A DNA stretch of 64,000 nt. Origin: Felis catus (Eukaryota). The stretch spans positions 14,446,001 through 14,510,000 of the forward strand of contig NC_058376.1 in assembly GCF_018350175.1 (NCBI RefSeq). Reading direction: 5' to 3'. Each line of letters begins with the position of its first letter. The first letter of the stretch is position 1. The notes under the pieces were generated by a model. It was given only the letters and a program-made list of their open reading frames with translations. It made no database searches and was not told the origin of the DNA. Position numbers and translations under genes: made by a program. Of this stretch, positions 1 through 10,728 are shown piece after piece.

Positions 1-591
1 GTGAAAAAAAATGATGTTTTAAAAATAGAATCCTAGAAGGAAATATTAATGTAAGTGAAAAAGAAAAGCACAGTCTTCCCGGGACTGGTGGTCCAGAATT
101 TCAAACTGTTGGCTTTTTGTCGATGGTCTCATGAAATTGAGTGATACCTTTTGGCTTTTCCTAGTAAACCATCTCTCATGTGAAAATATGGAAAATCCCT
201 AAAGAGAAAAAAAAAAAAACGAGTTTGGAACAGAAGAGATGGAGAATCTCAAATGAAGGTAGATTATTATGGCCTGTTGGATGTCAGCCAAAAAAGGGTA
301 AAAAAATTGGTTGTTTGGAGCCCGGAATGTCTACTACAAATGTTGTTTCTTATCATAAAGGCTGGTTACAAATTGCTAATTTGAAGGTCTTGTGTAAGTA
401 AGGTTTTGAAGATGAGACAATTGATTCTTATTAATGATTCACAAATGATTCAGGTTGTGGCACAACAGCAAATGTCTTCATTACCCCTGAAGCCATACCT
501 GAAAACCAGGAGTGAACAAATTACTCAGAGAGGTCTTGCAAATTATCCAGTGGCCTGACTTGTGTGGTGGGTCCCACACACACTGAGGGCA

Positions 592-598
592 TATAAAA
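592..598 (+). promoter_or_regulatory. TATA box of K6-A
   Basis: CATATAAAAGG about 85 nt upstream of ATG; same motif at all six KRTAP6 copies. Confidence 0.85.
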
Positions 599-679
599 GG
601 CCCTCTGCAGGGGAATCGTCCACAGTGAAGTGACACTTCTCTCCTTCTCTACCCAAGCATAACCTCAACAGCCAACACC

Positions 680-1000
680 ATGTGTGGAAGCTACTACGGA
701 AACTCTTATGGAGGCTGCGGCTATGGAGGCTGTGGCTATGGAGGCTGCGGCTATGGAGGCTGTGGCTACAGAGGCTGTGGCTACGGAGGCTGTGGCTACG
801 GAGGCTGTGGCTATGGAGGCAGTGGCTATGGAGGCTGCGGCTATGGAGGCTGTGGCTATGGAGGCTGCGGCTATGGAGGCTGTGGCTATGGAGGCTGCGG
901 CTATGGAGGCCTGGGCTGTGGCTATGGCTCCTGCTATGGCTGTGGCTATGGATATCGCTCCCACTCTCTCCATGGCTGTGGCTCTGGCTGTGGCTACTAG
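680..1000 (+). CDS. KRTAP6: Keratin-associated protein 6 family (HGT-KAP), 106 aa, 13 xGCGY units (gene K6-A)
   Basis: Intronless ORF MCGSYYGNSY(GGCGY)[15 protein letters not shown]; Kozak ACACCATG; TATAAAA 592-598; AATAAA 1289-1294. Paralogue number not assignable. Confidence 0.93.
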   Translation: MCGSYYGNSYGGCGYGGCGYGGCGYGGCGYRGCGYGGCGYGGCGYGGSGYGGCGYGGCGYGGCGYGGCGYGGCGYGGLGCGYGSCYGCGYGYRSHSLHGCGSGCGY

Positions 1001-1288
1001 TAATGAGGGCACCGTGGGAGACTCTCACCCTCTACACCTGGACGTGGGATTCACCAATTCTGAGCCCCACATGTTCTGAGCCTTTCCCTTGGGTGACGAT
1101 ATCCTGCAAGATGAAAGTCTAGTAGGTCTGTTGCTGCCTACAGCCTAACCTACAGATTCCTGGATTTACCTCGTGGAGTGGAAGATGGTGAAATTCACCT
1201 GTGGCCCCACAGTTCCGCCTTCATCAGGATGATGGTGTCACAGCGACTGCCTTGATGATGTCCATGCTGGAGTTCGTTTCTGTGACCT

Positions 1289-1294
1289 AATAAA
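1289..1294 (+). terminator. Poly(A) signal of K6-A
   Basis: AATAAA at a homologous position in all six paralogues. Confidence 0.8.
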
Positions 1295-1702
1295 CTTGTT
1301 CAATCCAGATGGCAGTCCTGGTTTTGATGTTGGTCATTTAATGCCCAGTATTACAATTTTTGTTTTGTTTTGTTTTGTTTTCTGTTTTCAAGAAAGCTAA
1401 CAACTGCTTTCTTTGGGACGTATTTTTTATTATCTTTAGGTCAGTCGTCTTAGAAAAGTTTTTGTAAAGCTCAGTTTCCTCCTCCTCTGCTACTGAGGAA
1501 ATGCTATCTCTTATGCTGGGTAACAGGTAGCAGTAAATCAAGTACTACTTACACATTAGGTTAAGCATTGCCTGGCATATAGTACATAATAAAGAAAAAA
1601 TTAATTTCCCCAAACCTTTATTTTCGTGTTCCATAAATCAAATGAACATTGTTGCTGTATGCTTCTCTATTTTAATCTTCCATCTCAAAGGTACTATTTT
1701 AA

Positions 1703-1950
1703 GGGATGCTTGGGTGGTTCTCTCGGTTAAGCCTCCAACTTTGGCTCAGGTCATGATCTCACAGTTTAAGTGCGGGCCCCGCATCAGGCTCGGTGCCGAT
1801 AGCTCAGAGCTAGAGCCTGCTTCAGATTCTGTGTCTCCCTCTCTCTCTGCCCCTCCCCTGCTTGCACTCTCTGTCTCAAAAATTTTAGTATATGTGCTGC
1901 TGAAGCGAGCATGCTCTCTCTCAAAAATAAACATTAAAAAAATTTTTTAA
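1703..1950 (+). mobile_element. CanSINE/SINEC_Fc carrying an internal U6 fragment
   Basis: tRNA-like head, CT-rich tract, A-tail. Confidence 0.9.
1881..1912 (-). pseudogene. RNU6: 3'-truncated (tailless) U6 snRNA retrocopy, nt 1-32
   Basis: Reverse complement ATGCTCGCTTCAGCAGCACATATACTAAAATT vs U6 GTGCTCGCTTCGGCAGCACATATACTAAAATT, 30/32; flanked by duplicated TCTCAAAAAT. Confidence 0.88.
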
Positions 1951-1982
1951 ATAGGCACACATTTTTTAAAGTTATCCATTTT

Positions 1983-2097
1983 ATTTTATTTATTTTATTA
2001 TTTTTTAATGTTTATTTATTTTGTGAACTTGTAAACTGTGAGATCATGACCGGAGTCAAGGGTGGAGGTTTAACTGACTGAGCCACCCAGGCATCCC
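1983..2097 (-). mobile_element. Internally deleted CanSINE
   Basis: SINE head joined directly to tail; TSD approximately AAG(T/G)TATCCATTTT. Confidence 0.8.
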
Positions 2098-2224
2098 TCA
2101 AGGTATCCATTTTAAAGGTATGAGAGACATAACCTAAGGAATAGTTTAACGATCTATTACATCCCAAGCTGGTAATAAATTGTAAAACTATTTGGAATGC
2201 ATGGTGGGCCATAATATTTAGATA

Positions 2225-2730
2225 AAATCTCTGTTTCACACGTAGGCTGAGAAGCTTCAGGGTCTCAGGAGATTCCAATTCCAGATGTTGGATAGGACTG
2301 TGGTCACATCTGAGGCTTAGCTGGGATGGATTCATTTCCAGACTCGTGTTATTGTTGGCAGATCTCAGTTCATTGGAGTTGTAGGAATGAAAGGCTCATT
2401 TTCTTGCTGGCCGTTGGCCAGGGTCCCTTGCAAACCCTCCGCTGGCAGTCACTTTCAGTTGGAAAAGGTTGCCCATGGTTCCTTGCCAAGTAAATTTCCA
2501 ACATGGTTGCTTGTTTTCTCAAAGCCAGCAAGGAAGAAGAAAGACTCCAGCAAGATGAATGCCATCATCTCATGTAACATAATCACTTACACATAACTAT
2601 TAAATTTGCCATATTTTATTGGTTACAAAGCAAGTCACAGGTCTCCCTCACACTCACAGGGAGGAGGTCATCCCAGGGCATTTTCATCAGGAGGCAGGAA
2701 TGAAGGGGGCATGTGGAGAGTCTGTGTACC
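2225..2730. mobile_element. Old MaLR LTR (MLT1-like)
   Basis: MLT1-like motifs recognised by eye. Confidence 0.55.
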
Positions 2731-5100
2731 ACAGACTCAATATTATTCATCCTTTATAATAGGAATTAACAAGTTGTCCTTCATTTTCAGTGTTCTTCAA
2801 CAACTTAGATAATAGGATCATCTCATCCTTGAATTTGGTAGAATTCTGAGAAATCGTCTGTGTCTTGGCTATTTTGTGAAGTATTTTGTCAATAATTTTC
2901 TTTATTCTAAAGAAATTGGTCTGCTTTTGATTTATAAATCTAATGACATCCATTTTAGTAATCTGTATTTTCCTAAGAGATGATCTATTTCATCTAGGTT
3001 TTCAAATTTATTATATACATAGAGCTCTTAAAAGTTGCCTGCCTCATATGATGTTTAAAATTTCTTCTGTTTTAATGTTCCTTCATGTTATTTATTTTTT
3101 ATATGGTTTCTGTCTCTCTTTTTTTTCTTCATCAAATTAGCAAGGTCTGTTAATTCTCTCAAATAACAGCATTTTGGCTCGTTATAAATCACCTTTTTTT
3201 TGTGATTCCCTACCTCATTAATGTCTACGTTTCTATTTATTATTTCTATCTTTGTGCTTTTTTGCTTTTTAAAGTTTCCTTTATAAGTGTTTTAAAGCAT
3301 AGTATGAAATATGAATTTATTTTATTTCATTTTTAATGATGAAAGTCTTCATGCTATAATCTTTTTAAAACACTGCTTTAAATATTTCTCATAGGCCCTG
3401 TTATGGACCATTTTCATCTTTTTAATTATTTTAAAATCTGTAATTTCACTTGTATGACCTCTCTCACCCAAGAATTTTTTGACAGAAGGCTTTATATTTT
3501 CCATGTAAACAGGTATTTGTTTTTTTTTTTTACAGCTTGATTTTATTTTTAAAGGGCTTTCTGTTCTTTGGTTTTGTTAACAATTATTAGTTTTATTGTC
3601 AGACATCAGAGAGTATTTTTTTCTAGTATTTCTACTTTACAAAACTTATTAATGCTTTCTGTAAATACATAATAAATTTTTGTGGATGTTTTGTGGGAGC
3701 TTGAGAAGATGATTCATGTCTGTTACTAGTATATAAAGGTTAATATGTAACCATAAAAGCTACCTTATTGATCACATTGTTTAAGTCTTTGCTTTTTTTT
3801 ACTTATTTTTTCCACTTTATTTGTCTTGTTCTGAAAGTGCTGCTTTAAAGTCACCTATTACTAATATGTTACTATCTATGTCTTGGCATCAAATATCTGT
3901 ACCTTCATATGCATCTTGAGAAGTGTAAGATATTTCTTGTGATTGGTTTCGTATTTGCATGAGAAAGCTCCCCTCTTTGTCGCAGTTCATGCTTTTTGGC
4001 CTGAATTCTATTTGGTTGATATCAGGATTGTTATATTTTCTTGTGACATTTTGCCCAGATACCCTCATATATGTCTTTATTTTTGTATTCCTGAATATTT
4101 TGTTTTAGATGTATATGTACAGCACATATATATGTGTTTTGTTTCATGAGCCAAATTTAAAATGTTTTCTTTAATAGATAAATGAAGCCAATTCATATGT
4201 GTTGATATGACGGATATGTTTCATAATTCAATATACTTTAATAAATTATAAAAATGGTATTTGGATGGTTGTGGTTTTTCTAGTGGTTATTTGGGTATCT
4301 TTGTATCTGTAACAATTTTAATGTGCTTAGTTTCCTTTTTGCTTATTCAACCTTTTATCTGACACATATATATTCATATATATCTGACATATATATATAT
4401 ATATATACTAGTTATATTCATATTCATAACTTGCCCTGTTGTCTATACAACATCAGCTTAATTTATTTTCCTCTTTACCTCTTCTGCTACTCCCTTGTCT
4501 TTTAGTTGGATTATTACTAGTTTGTCATCACAACACATTTATATAACATATTTATATATTATTAATATAATTCTGTATAATTAATATATAAATTATATAT
4601 TATTAATTAATATATTATATATAATCCTCGAGTCTAGTCTTTGTTTTGATTTGGCTGTATGTTACACTAAATATATATCACTGCACACGCACATAGTCAC
4701 ACATATGTATATATGTATACACACAGACATGTATACACACACACACACATCTATATATCTCTATGTCTTCAATGTTTTGCTACTCAGTATAGGCTTGTGG
4801 GTGAAGAATTTCCTAATTTCTTCTATGCTGAAAACTGTTGTTCTAATACATTGTTATATGAATAACAGCTTCCTTAGATATAAAGTCTTTAGTTAATGCT
4901 TGTTATTATTAGTCTTTAGATGATTCTCTTCTGTCTCTTTTTGAATGCAGCTTTTGAAAATTCTGACTAATAGCCTAATTATTTATTCTATGTACATTAT
5001 TTGATTGCCTAAAAGCCTTGAGTAAGCTTTCTTTATCATTAAAATATACTATTTTAATAGCTTATATTTATAATTAATAATTTTATATTAATATTCTCTG
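2730..5100 (-). mobile_element. Degraded ancient L1M/HAL1-like sequence
   Basis: T-rich antisense L1-like motifs (GAATTTGGTAGAATTC, CATCTAGGTTTTCAAATTTA); mirrored at ~60300-61690. Confidence 0.5.
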
Positions 5101-5390
5101 TTTCCAATTAGGACCTGTCAATGAGAATGTTTAGATCAAGCAAAATAGATTAATACCAAAATGCATCAAAATTACCATTTTGAAAAGTAAAGACAAAGAA
5201 AAAAGTCTTGAAAATCACCAGAGACACACAACACTTTATCTAAATAACAGCAATTTGAATAACAGTTGATTTGTCATCTGAAAAGATGGAGTAATAAAAA
5301 ACAGCATAGTATTTTTCAAATGCTGGGAAAAAAAAAAGAACTGTCAATGTATTTTACGTCTTGCAAAACTATTTTGAAGAATGAAGGGTA

Positions 5391-5714
5391 GGGACCCTGG
5401 GTGGCTCAGTTGGTTAAGCGTCCCACTCTTTTTTTAATGCTTATTTTTTTATTTTTGAGAGAGAAGGAGGGGGAGGGGCAGAGAGAGAGGGAGACGCAGA
5501 ATCTGAAGCAGGATCCAGGCTCCGAGCTGTCAGCACAGAGCCTGATGTGGGGCTCGAACCCATGAACTGAAGCATCCCACTCTTGACTTTGGCTCAGCTG
5601 GTTCTGGGCTGCCAACACAGAGTCCACCTGGGATTCTCTCCTCTTTCTGACCCTGCCCTGCTTGTGCTCTCTTCCTCTCTCTCTCTCTCAAAATAAATAA
5701 GTAAACATTAAAAA
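5391..5714 (+). mobile_element. CanSINE interrupted by a second SINE
   Basis: Head 5391-5430, remainder 5585-5714. Confidence 0.85.
5431..5569 (-). mobile_element. 5'-truncated CanSINE nested in a SINE
   Basis: 15-bp TSD AAGC(G/A)TCCCACTCTT at 5416-5430 and 5570-5584. Confidence 0.88.
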
Positions 5715-5989
5715 GATGAAGGGGAAATAAAAACATCCTCAGGAGAAAATAAATAATTTGTCAGTAGTAAACCTACATTTAAAGATTGAATTCAAAAAGT
5801 TCTTCAAACAAAAAGGAAATGCTAAAGGAGGGGATCTTGAACCATCAAGAAGGCACAATGGAAAAAACAGAAATATGAGTATATCCAATACACTAATCTC
5901 TTCCTCATGACTTTTAGAAATCATATTTGGTGATGGAAATAAAAATTATAACACTATAAGCAAGGCAATAATATTAAAAGTAGACATGC

Positions 5990-6216
5990 TTTTTTTTTTT
6001 AAATTTTTTTTTTCAACGTTTATTTGTTTTTGGGACAGAGAGAGACAGAGCATGAACGGGGGAGGGGCAGAGAGAGAGGGAGACACAGAATCGGAAACAG
6101 GCTCCAGGCTCTGAGCCATCAGCTCAGAGCCCGACGCGGGGCTCGAACTCACGGACCGTGAGATCGTGACCTGGCTGAAGTCGGACGCTTAAGCGACTGC
6201 GCCACCCAGGCGCCCC
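5990..6216 (-). mobile_element. Young SINEC_Fc
   Basis: CpG-rich, close to felid consensus. Confidence 0.92.
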
Positions 6217-7065
6217 AAGAGGAGACATGCTTTTAACACTATAAGCAATAATATTAAAAGTAGACATGATGAGGGAATCTAATCAAAGGAAATGCCCAAC
6301 ACTTCACTTGTGCCCATAAATACTGATATACCAGTACACTGTTATAAGTTGCATGTGCATACAGTAATACCCAGAGGAAGCATTAAAAAAAACTATGCAA
6401 ATATATACGTTCAATAATACCGTAAGTTAAGATGAGAGGAGAGGGGAGTTAAGATGACACAGTAGTAAGGAGACCCTGGGTTTGTCTCCTCACTCAAACA
6501 CAGCTAGATCAACATCAAACCATTTTGAACACCTAGGAAATTGATCTAAGGATTAACAGAATAGCCTGCATAATTTCAGGGATAAAACTGGGCAGGCAGG
6601 TACCTAGTGTGGAGAGGTGAACTGGAGGAGAGAAGAGCCATAGTGCTGGAGAGGGGACAGTGCCGTTCTTACCAAGAGGAGAAAGAGGGAGAGGGAGAGC
6701 AGTTCATCAAGTTTGCACAAGAAAGCGTTCCCTCTGAAAGCAGCTGGGAGACCTACATAGGAGACTACACAAGAAAACTGTTCCCTAAAACCATTGACAG
6801 AGAAAAAAGGAGCAGGTTTTAATACCACTAGATTTTTATAAACAGCAGAGCACAGAGTCTGAAGTTTCAGAGGTCAGCCTCTGGTGGTGCTCTGGAGAGA
6901 AAGCAGAGCAGAGCCCAGGGAGTGGGCAGTGTGGTCTGAGGATTCCCTGGGTGGATTGGGGAGAAGCAGGTACCCTGCTTGGGGTGCATTTGGTAGAGGT
7001 GATGCAGTTGCCTCTGTGGGCAAAAGACCCACTGGACTTCATTAAGCTGCCACGTTCACCAGTAT

Positions 7066-7105
7066 AGACGGGATCTAGCACATTCAGGGTGGTATGGCCG
7101 TAGAC
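7066..7105 (-). pseudogene. RNA5S: 3'-truncated (tailless) 5S rRNA retrocopy, nt 1-40
   Basis: Reverse complement GTCTACGGCCATACCACCCTGAATGTGCTAGATCCCGTCT, 35/40 to mammalian 5S; perfect TSD CACGTTCACCAGTATAGA at 7051-7068 and 7107-7124. Confidence 0.92.
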
Positions 7106-8452
7106 TCACGTTCACCAGTATAGAAAGAAAGGGTCTAGCTGAGGGCAACAAATCCTGGTGCCGGTGTGTGCAGTGATTTATCATAAACTCTAAGCTGCTG
7201 TGGCTGTGCAGTGGCATGACTGTTTCCTGGGACAAGCTGACACCAGCCACAGCACAGTGAGATGGTCCCCCAGAAGATGTTGTGGGTCTGAACCTCAGGG
7301 GTCGCTGAAGTGTGGGTTTTGAAACTCTGCTGCACTTAAACTTCTGGAGAGAGGTACCACCTGGTGGGCAGACAGCTTGGACACAGACAGGGGGAAGGTG
7401 GGGAGCTGATGGAAGTGGGGGATAAAGGAAGGGTGACTGTGCATCTGTGAAGGCACAAACTCCCTGCTTTGAAGACCAGATGAAGCCATTTTAACATTAG
7501 CCCATCAACACTGATAGACCCCAGTGAACTAAACAGTGCCACCAAGTGGAGAATGGAGCCATTACTGTGCTGTGCCCTCCAGGCACATCTCCAGTAGGGG
7601 AAGTTGGCCTGAGAATCAGAGCAGCAGGCCCCTCCCCCAGAAGACCAGCACAAATCCCTTCCACCTGCTTAGTCTACTGACCATAGAGTCCTACAAAATT
7701 TCAGCTCTAGGGGAAACTGGATTTAACTTCATTTGGTTATTTATGTTTATTCATTTTGTTGTTGTTGTTGCTTCTGTTTTTATGCTGTTGCTGTTGTTTT
7801 CTTTTGTTTATTGGATGGAGAAATAGCAAATTGTTTTATTTTATTTTACTATTTTTTTGCTTTTTAGTTTTTTAACTTTTATTTCTCTTTTTGTCTCTTT
7901 TCTCTTTTTTCTATCAAGCTTCTCTTAAAAATAAGACCAAAATATGCATAAGATCAAGCTTCCTTTATTTGATTTTTTAAAATTTTTAAATTTTTATTTC
8001 ATTTTTATTATTATTATCATTATTATTGTGTTTCTTCATCCAAAATGACAAGACAGAGGAATTCACCTCAAACTACAGAACAGGAAGAATTGGCAGTGAG
8101 GCATTTAATCAATGAAGATATAAGTAAGATGTCTTAACTAGAATTTAAAACAATGATTATAAGGATATTATCTGGGCTTGAAAAAAAAGTGTAGAAGACA
8201 CAAAAGAATCTCTTTCTGCAGAGAAAAAAGAACAAAAATCTAGTCAGGCTGAAGTTAACAATGCTATAACCAAGATGCAAACACAAATAGAGGTGATAAA
8301 AACAAGGATGGACAAGGCAAAGGAACAAATTAGCAATATAGAATATAGAATTATGGGAAATAATGAAGCTGAAAAGAAGAGGGAAACAAAGGTCAAGGCT
8401 CACTAAGGCAGACTTATGGAAATCAGCAATTTATTCAAATGTAATAACATTC

Positions 8453-8672
8453 TTTTTTTAAAAAAAATGTTTCTTTTTGAGAGAAAGAGAGAGACAGAGA
8501 GACAGAGTATGAGTGGGGGAGGGGCAGAGAGAGAGGGACACAGAATCTGAAGCAGGCTCCAGGCTCCAACGTGTCAGCACAGAACCTGAGGTGGGGTTCA
8601 AACTCATGAACCACAATATCATGACCTGAGCTGAAGTTGGCCACTTAACCAGCTGAGCCATCCAGGCACCTC
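8453..8672 (-). mobile_element. CanSINE in L1 ORF1
   Basis: SINE consensus; TSD ...GTA(A/G)TAACATTC. Confidence 0.88.
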
Positions 8673-8883
8673 AAAACGTAGTAACATTCATAGCATAGGA
8701 GTCCCAGAAGATGAAGCAAGAGAAAAAGAGCAGAATGTTTATGTGACAAAATTATAGCTGAAAACTTTCTTAATCTGAGGAAGGACACAGACATCAAAAT
8801 CCAAGAAACACAGAGCACTCTCATCAAATTCAACCCAAGCTGGCCATCACCAAGGCATATCATAGTCAAATTCACAAAATACT

Positions 8884-9083
8884 GGGGCTTCTGGGTGGCT
8901 TAGTGGGTTCAGCGTCTGACTTCACCTCAGGTCATGATCTCACAGCTTGTGCTGATAGCCCAGAGCCTGGAACTGCTTTGGATTCTGTGTCTCCCTCTTT
9001 GTCTGCCCCTCCCCCACTCATGTGCTGTCTCTCTCTCTCTCTCTGTCTCTATCTCTCTCAAAAATAATCGTTAAAAAAAATTC
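8884..9083 (+). mobile_element. CanSINE in L1 ORF1
   Basis: TSD AAATTC(A/T)CAAAATAC. Confidence 0.88.
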
Positions 9084-9744
9084 AAATTCTCAAAATACAC
9101 AAACAAGGAAAGAATCCTGAAAGCAGCAAATGAAAAAAAATCCTTAACCTACACGAGAAGACAGATCAGGTTTGCAGCAGATCTGTCCACAGAAACTTGA
9201 AAGGCCAGAATGGAGTTCCACAATATATACAACGTGTTGAGTGGATAAAAATATGCAGCCAAGAATACTCTCTACAACAAGGCTGTCATTTATAATAGAA
9301 GGAGAGACAAAGAGTTTCCCAGACAAACAAAAATTAAAGGTGCTTGTTACCACTAAACCAGCCCTATGGGAAATTTTAAGGGGGACTCTATAAGTGGAGG
9401 AGAACAAAACAAAACACCAAAAGCAACAAAGACTAGAAAGGATCAGAGAACATCATCAGAAACACGAACTCTATAGGTAACACAATGGCACTAAATTCAT
9501 ATTTTTCAATAATCAACTGTGAATGTTCCAATCAAAAACATAGGGTATTGGAATGTATAAAAAAAAAACCCAAACAATATCCATCTATATGTGGCCTACG
9601 AGAGACTCATTTTAGAACTAGGACATAAAAAGAAAGCTGGAGTAGCCATACTTATATCAGACAAATTATATTTTAAAACAAAAACTGTAACAAGAGATGA
9701 AGAAAGACATTACATCATAATTAAAGGATCTATCCATCAAGAAG

Positions 9745-10244
9745 TTTGGGGAAATTAGTTCAAGAATTCCTTATACGTACATAAATGGGTTAAAAAAAGC
9801 TTTGGGCAGAAAGCCACCACCACAGGGCAAAAGCACCCAGAGTTAATCATTAAGTAGAAAAAAAGCTTAGGGTGGGAAGCCGCTGCCACAGGGCAAAATT
9901 TCCCAGAGTTAGTTAGTGAGGTATTATGATGGAGTCAAGAGTAGCTGGTATATTATCTGCAAGAGACTACTTTCCATCTGGCACCTGTATACTTTGATCA
10001 CAACTTCAAACTCCACTTGCCCCCCCCAGACCTTTGCTTCTTACACACACAAGTTAATGATTACTATCTGATTGTTTTCTTCACATTCACCATGTGTAGA
10101 AGATCTTGAGAGATCAATGAACATGAAGACAAAATCCCTGTTTGGGATCCTTGTCTTCTCCCAGACATTAGCCTTCCTCATTTTCATTTCTGCATCTGCT
10201 CTCTTGCTGGACAAGAAAGAACTCCATACTCATGGTCTGTGACA
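9745..10244 (+). mobile_element. Solo ERV LTR (500 bp) in L1 ORF2; 6-bp TSD suggests class II ERV
   Basis: TSD AAGAAG at 9739-9744 and 10245-10250; ends T(T)TGGGG...GACA; internal ~64-bp tandem repeat; L1 sequence resumes across it. Confidence 0.75.
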
Positions 10245-10728
10245 AAGAAGATCTAACAGTTGTAAATATTTATGCTCTCAACTTGAAAGCACCCAAATAC
10301 ATGATACAATTAATTACAAACATAGATAAACTTACTGATAATAATAGAATAATAGTAGGGGACTTTAACACCCCATTACAACAATGGATAGATCATCTAA
10401 GCAGAAAATCAACAAGGAAGCAATGGATTTGAATGACACGGTGGGCCAGATGGACTCAACATATATTCAGAACTTTTCATTCTAAGGAAGCAGAATACAC
10501 TTTCCTTTTGAGTGCACTAGAATATTCTCCAGAATAGATCACATATTGGGTCATAAATCAGCCCTCAACAAGTACAAAAAGATTGAAGTCATACCATGCA
10601 TATTTTCAGATCACAATGCTATGAAACTTGAAGTGAACCACAAGACAAAATTTGGAAATCCCTCAAATACATGGAAGTTAAAGAACATCCTATTAAAGAA
10701 TGAATGAGTTAACCAAGAAATTAAAGAA

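Larger units (their letters stand above)
5130..6423 (+). mobile_element. Old L1M ORF1/inter-ORF fragment (continues at 12662-13320)
   Basis: L1M ORF1-like A-rich sequence split by the younger L1. Confidence 0.6.

Noticed and set aside
710-905. Regular repeat array superficially like CRISPR
   Set aside because: Contiguous coding minisatellite with no spacers; eukaryotic context
543-1028. Antisense His/Ser-rich and Ala/Thr-rich ORFs over each KRTAP6
   Set aside because: Stop-free by-products of the 15-bp repeat; no promoter or poly(A) signals on that strand
682-1122. W/R/L-rich ORFs (MWKLLRKLLWRLRLW..) resembling antimicrobial peptides; also at 20981, 33489, 50664 and 62909
   Set aside because: Shadow frame of the GGCGY repeat; most start at a GTG overlapping the true ATG, and none has independent support in a mammal
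1642-1950. Recurrent ORFs with LEPASDSVSPSLSAPP or HEFEP motifs
   Set aside because: Translations of SINE copies
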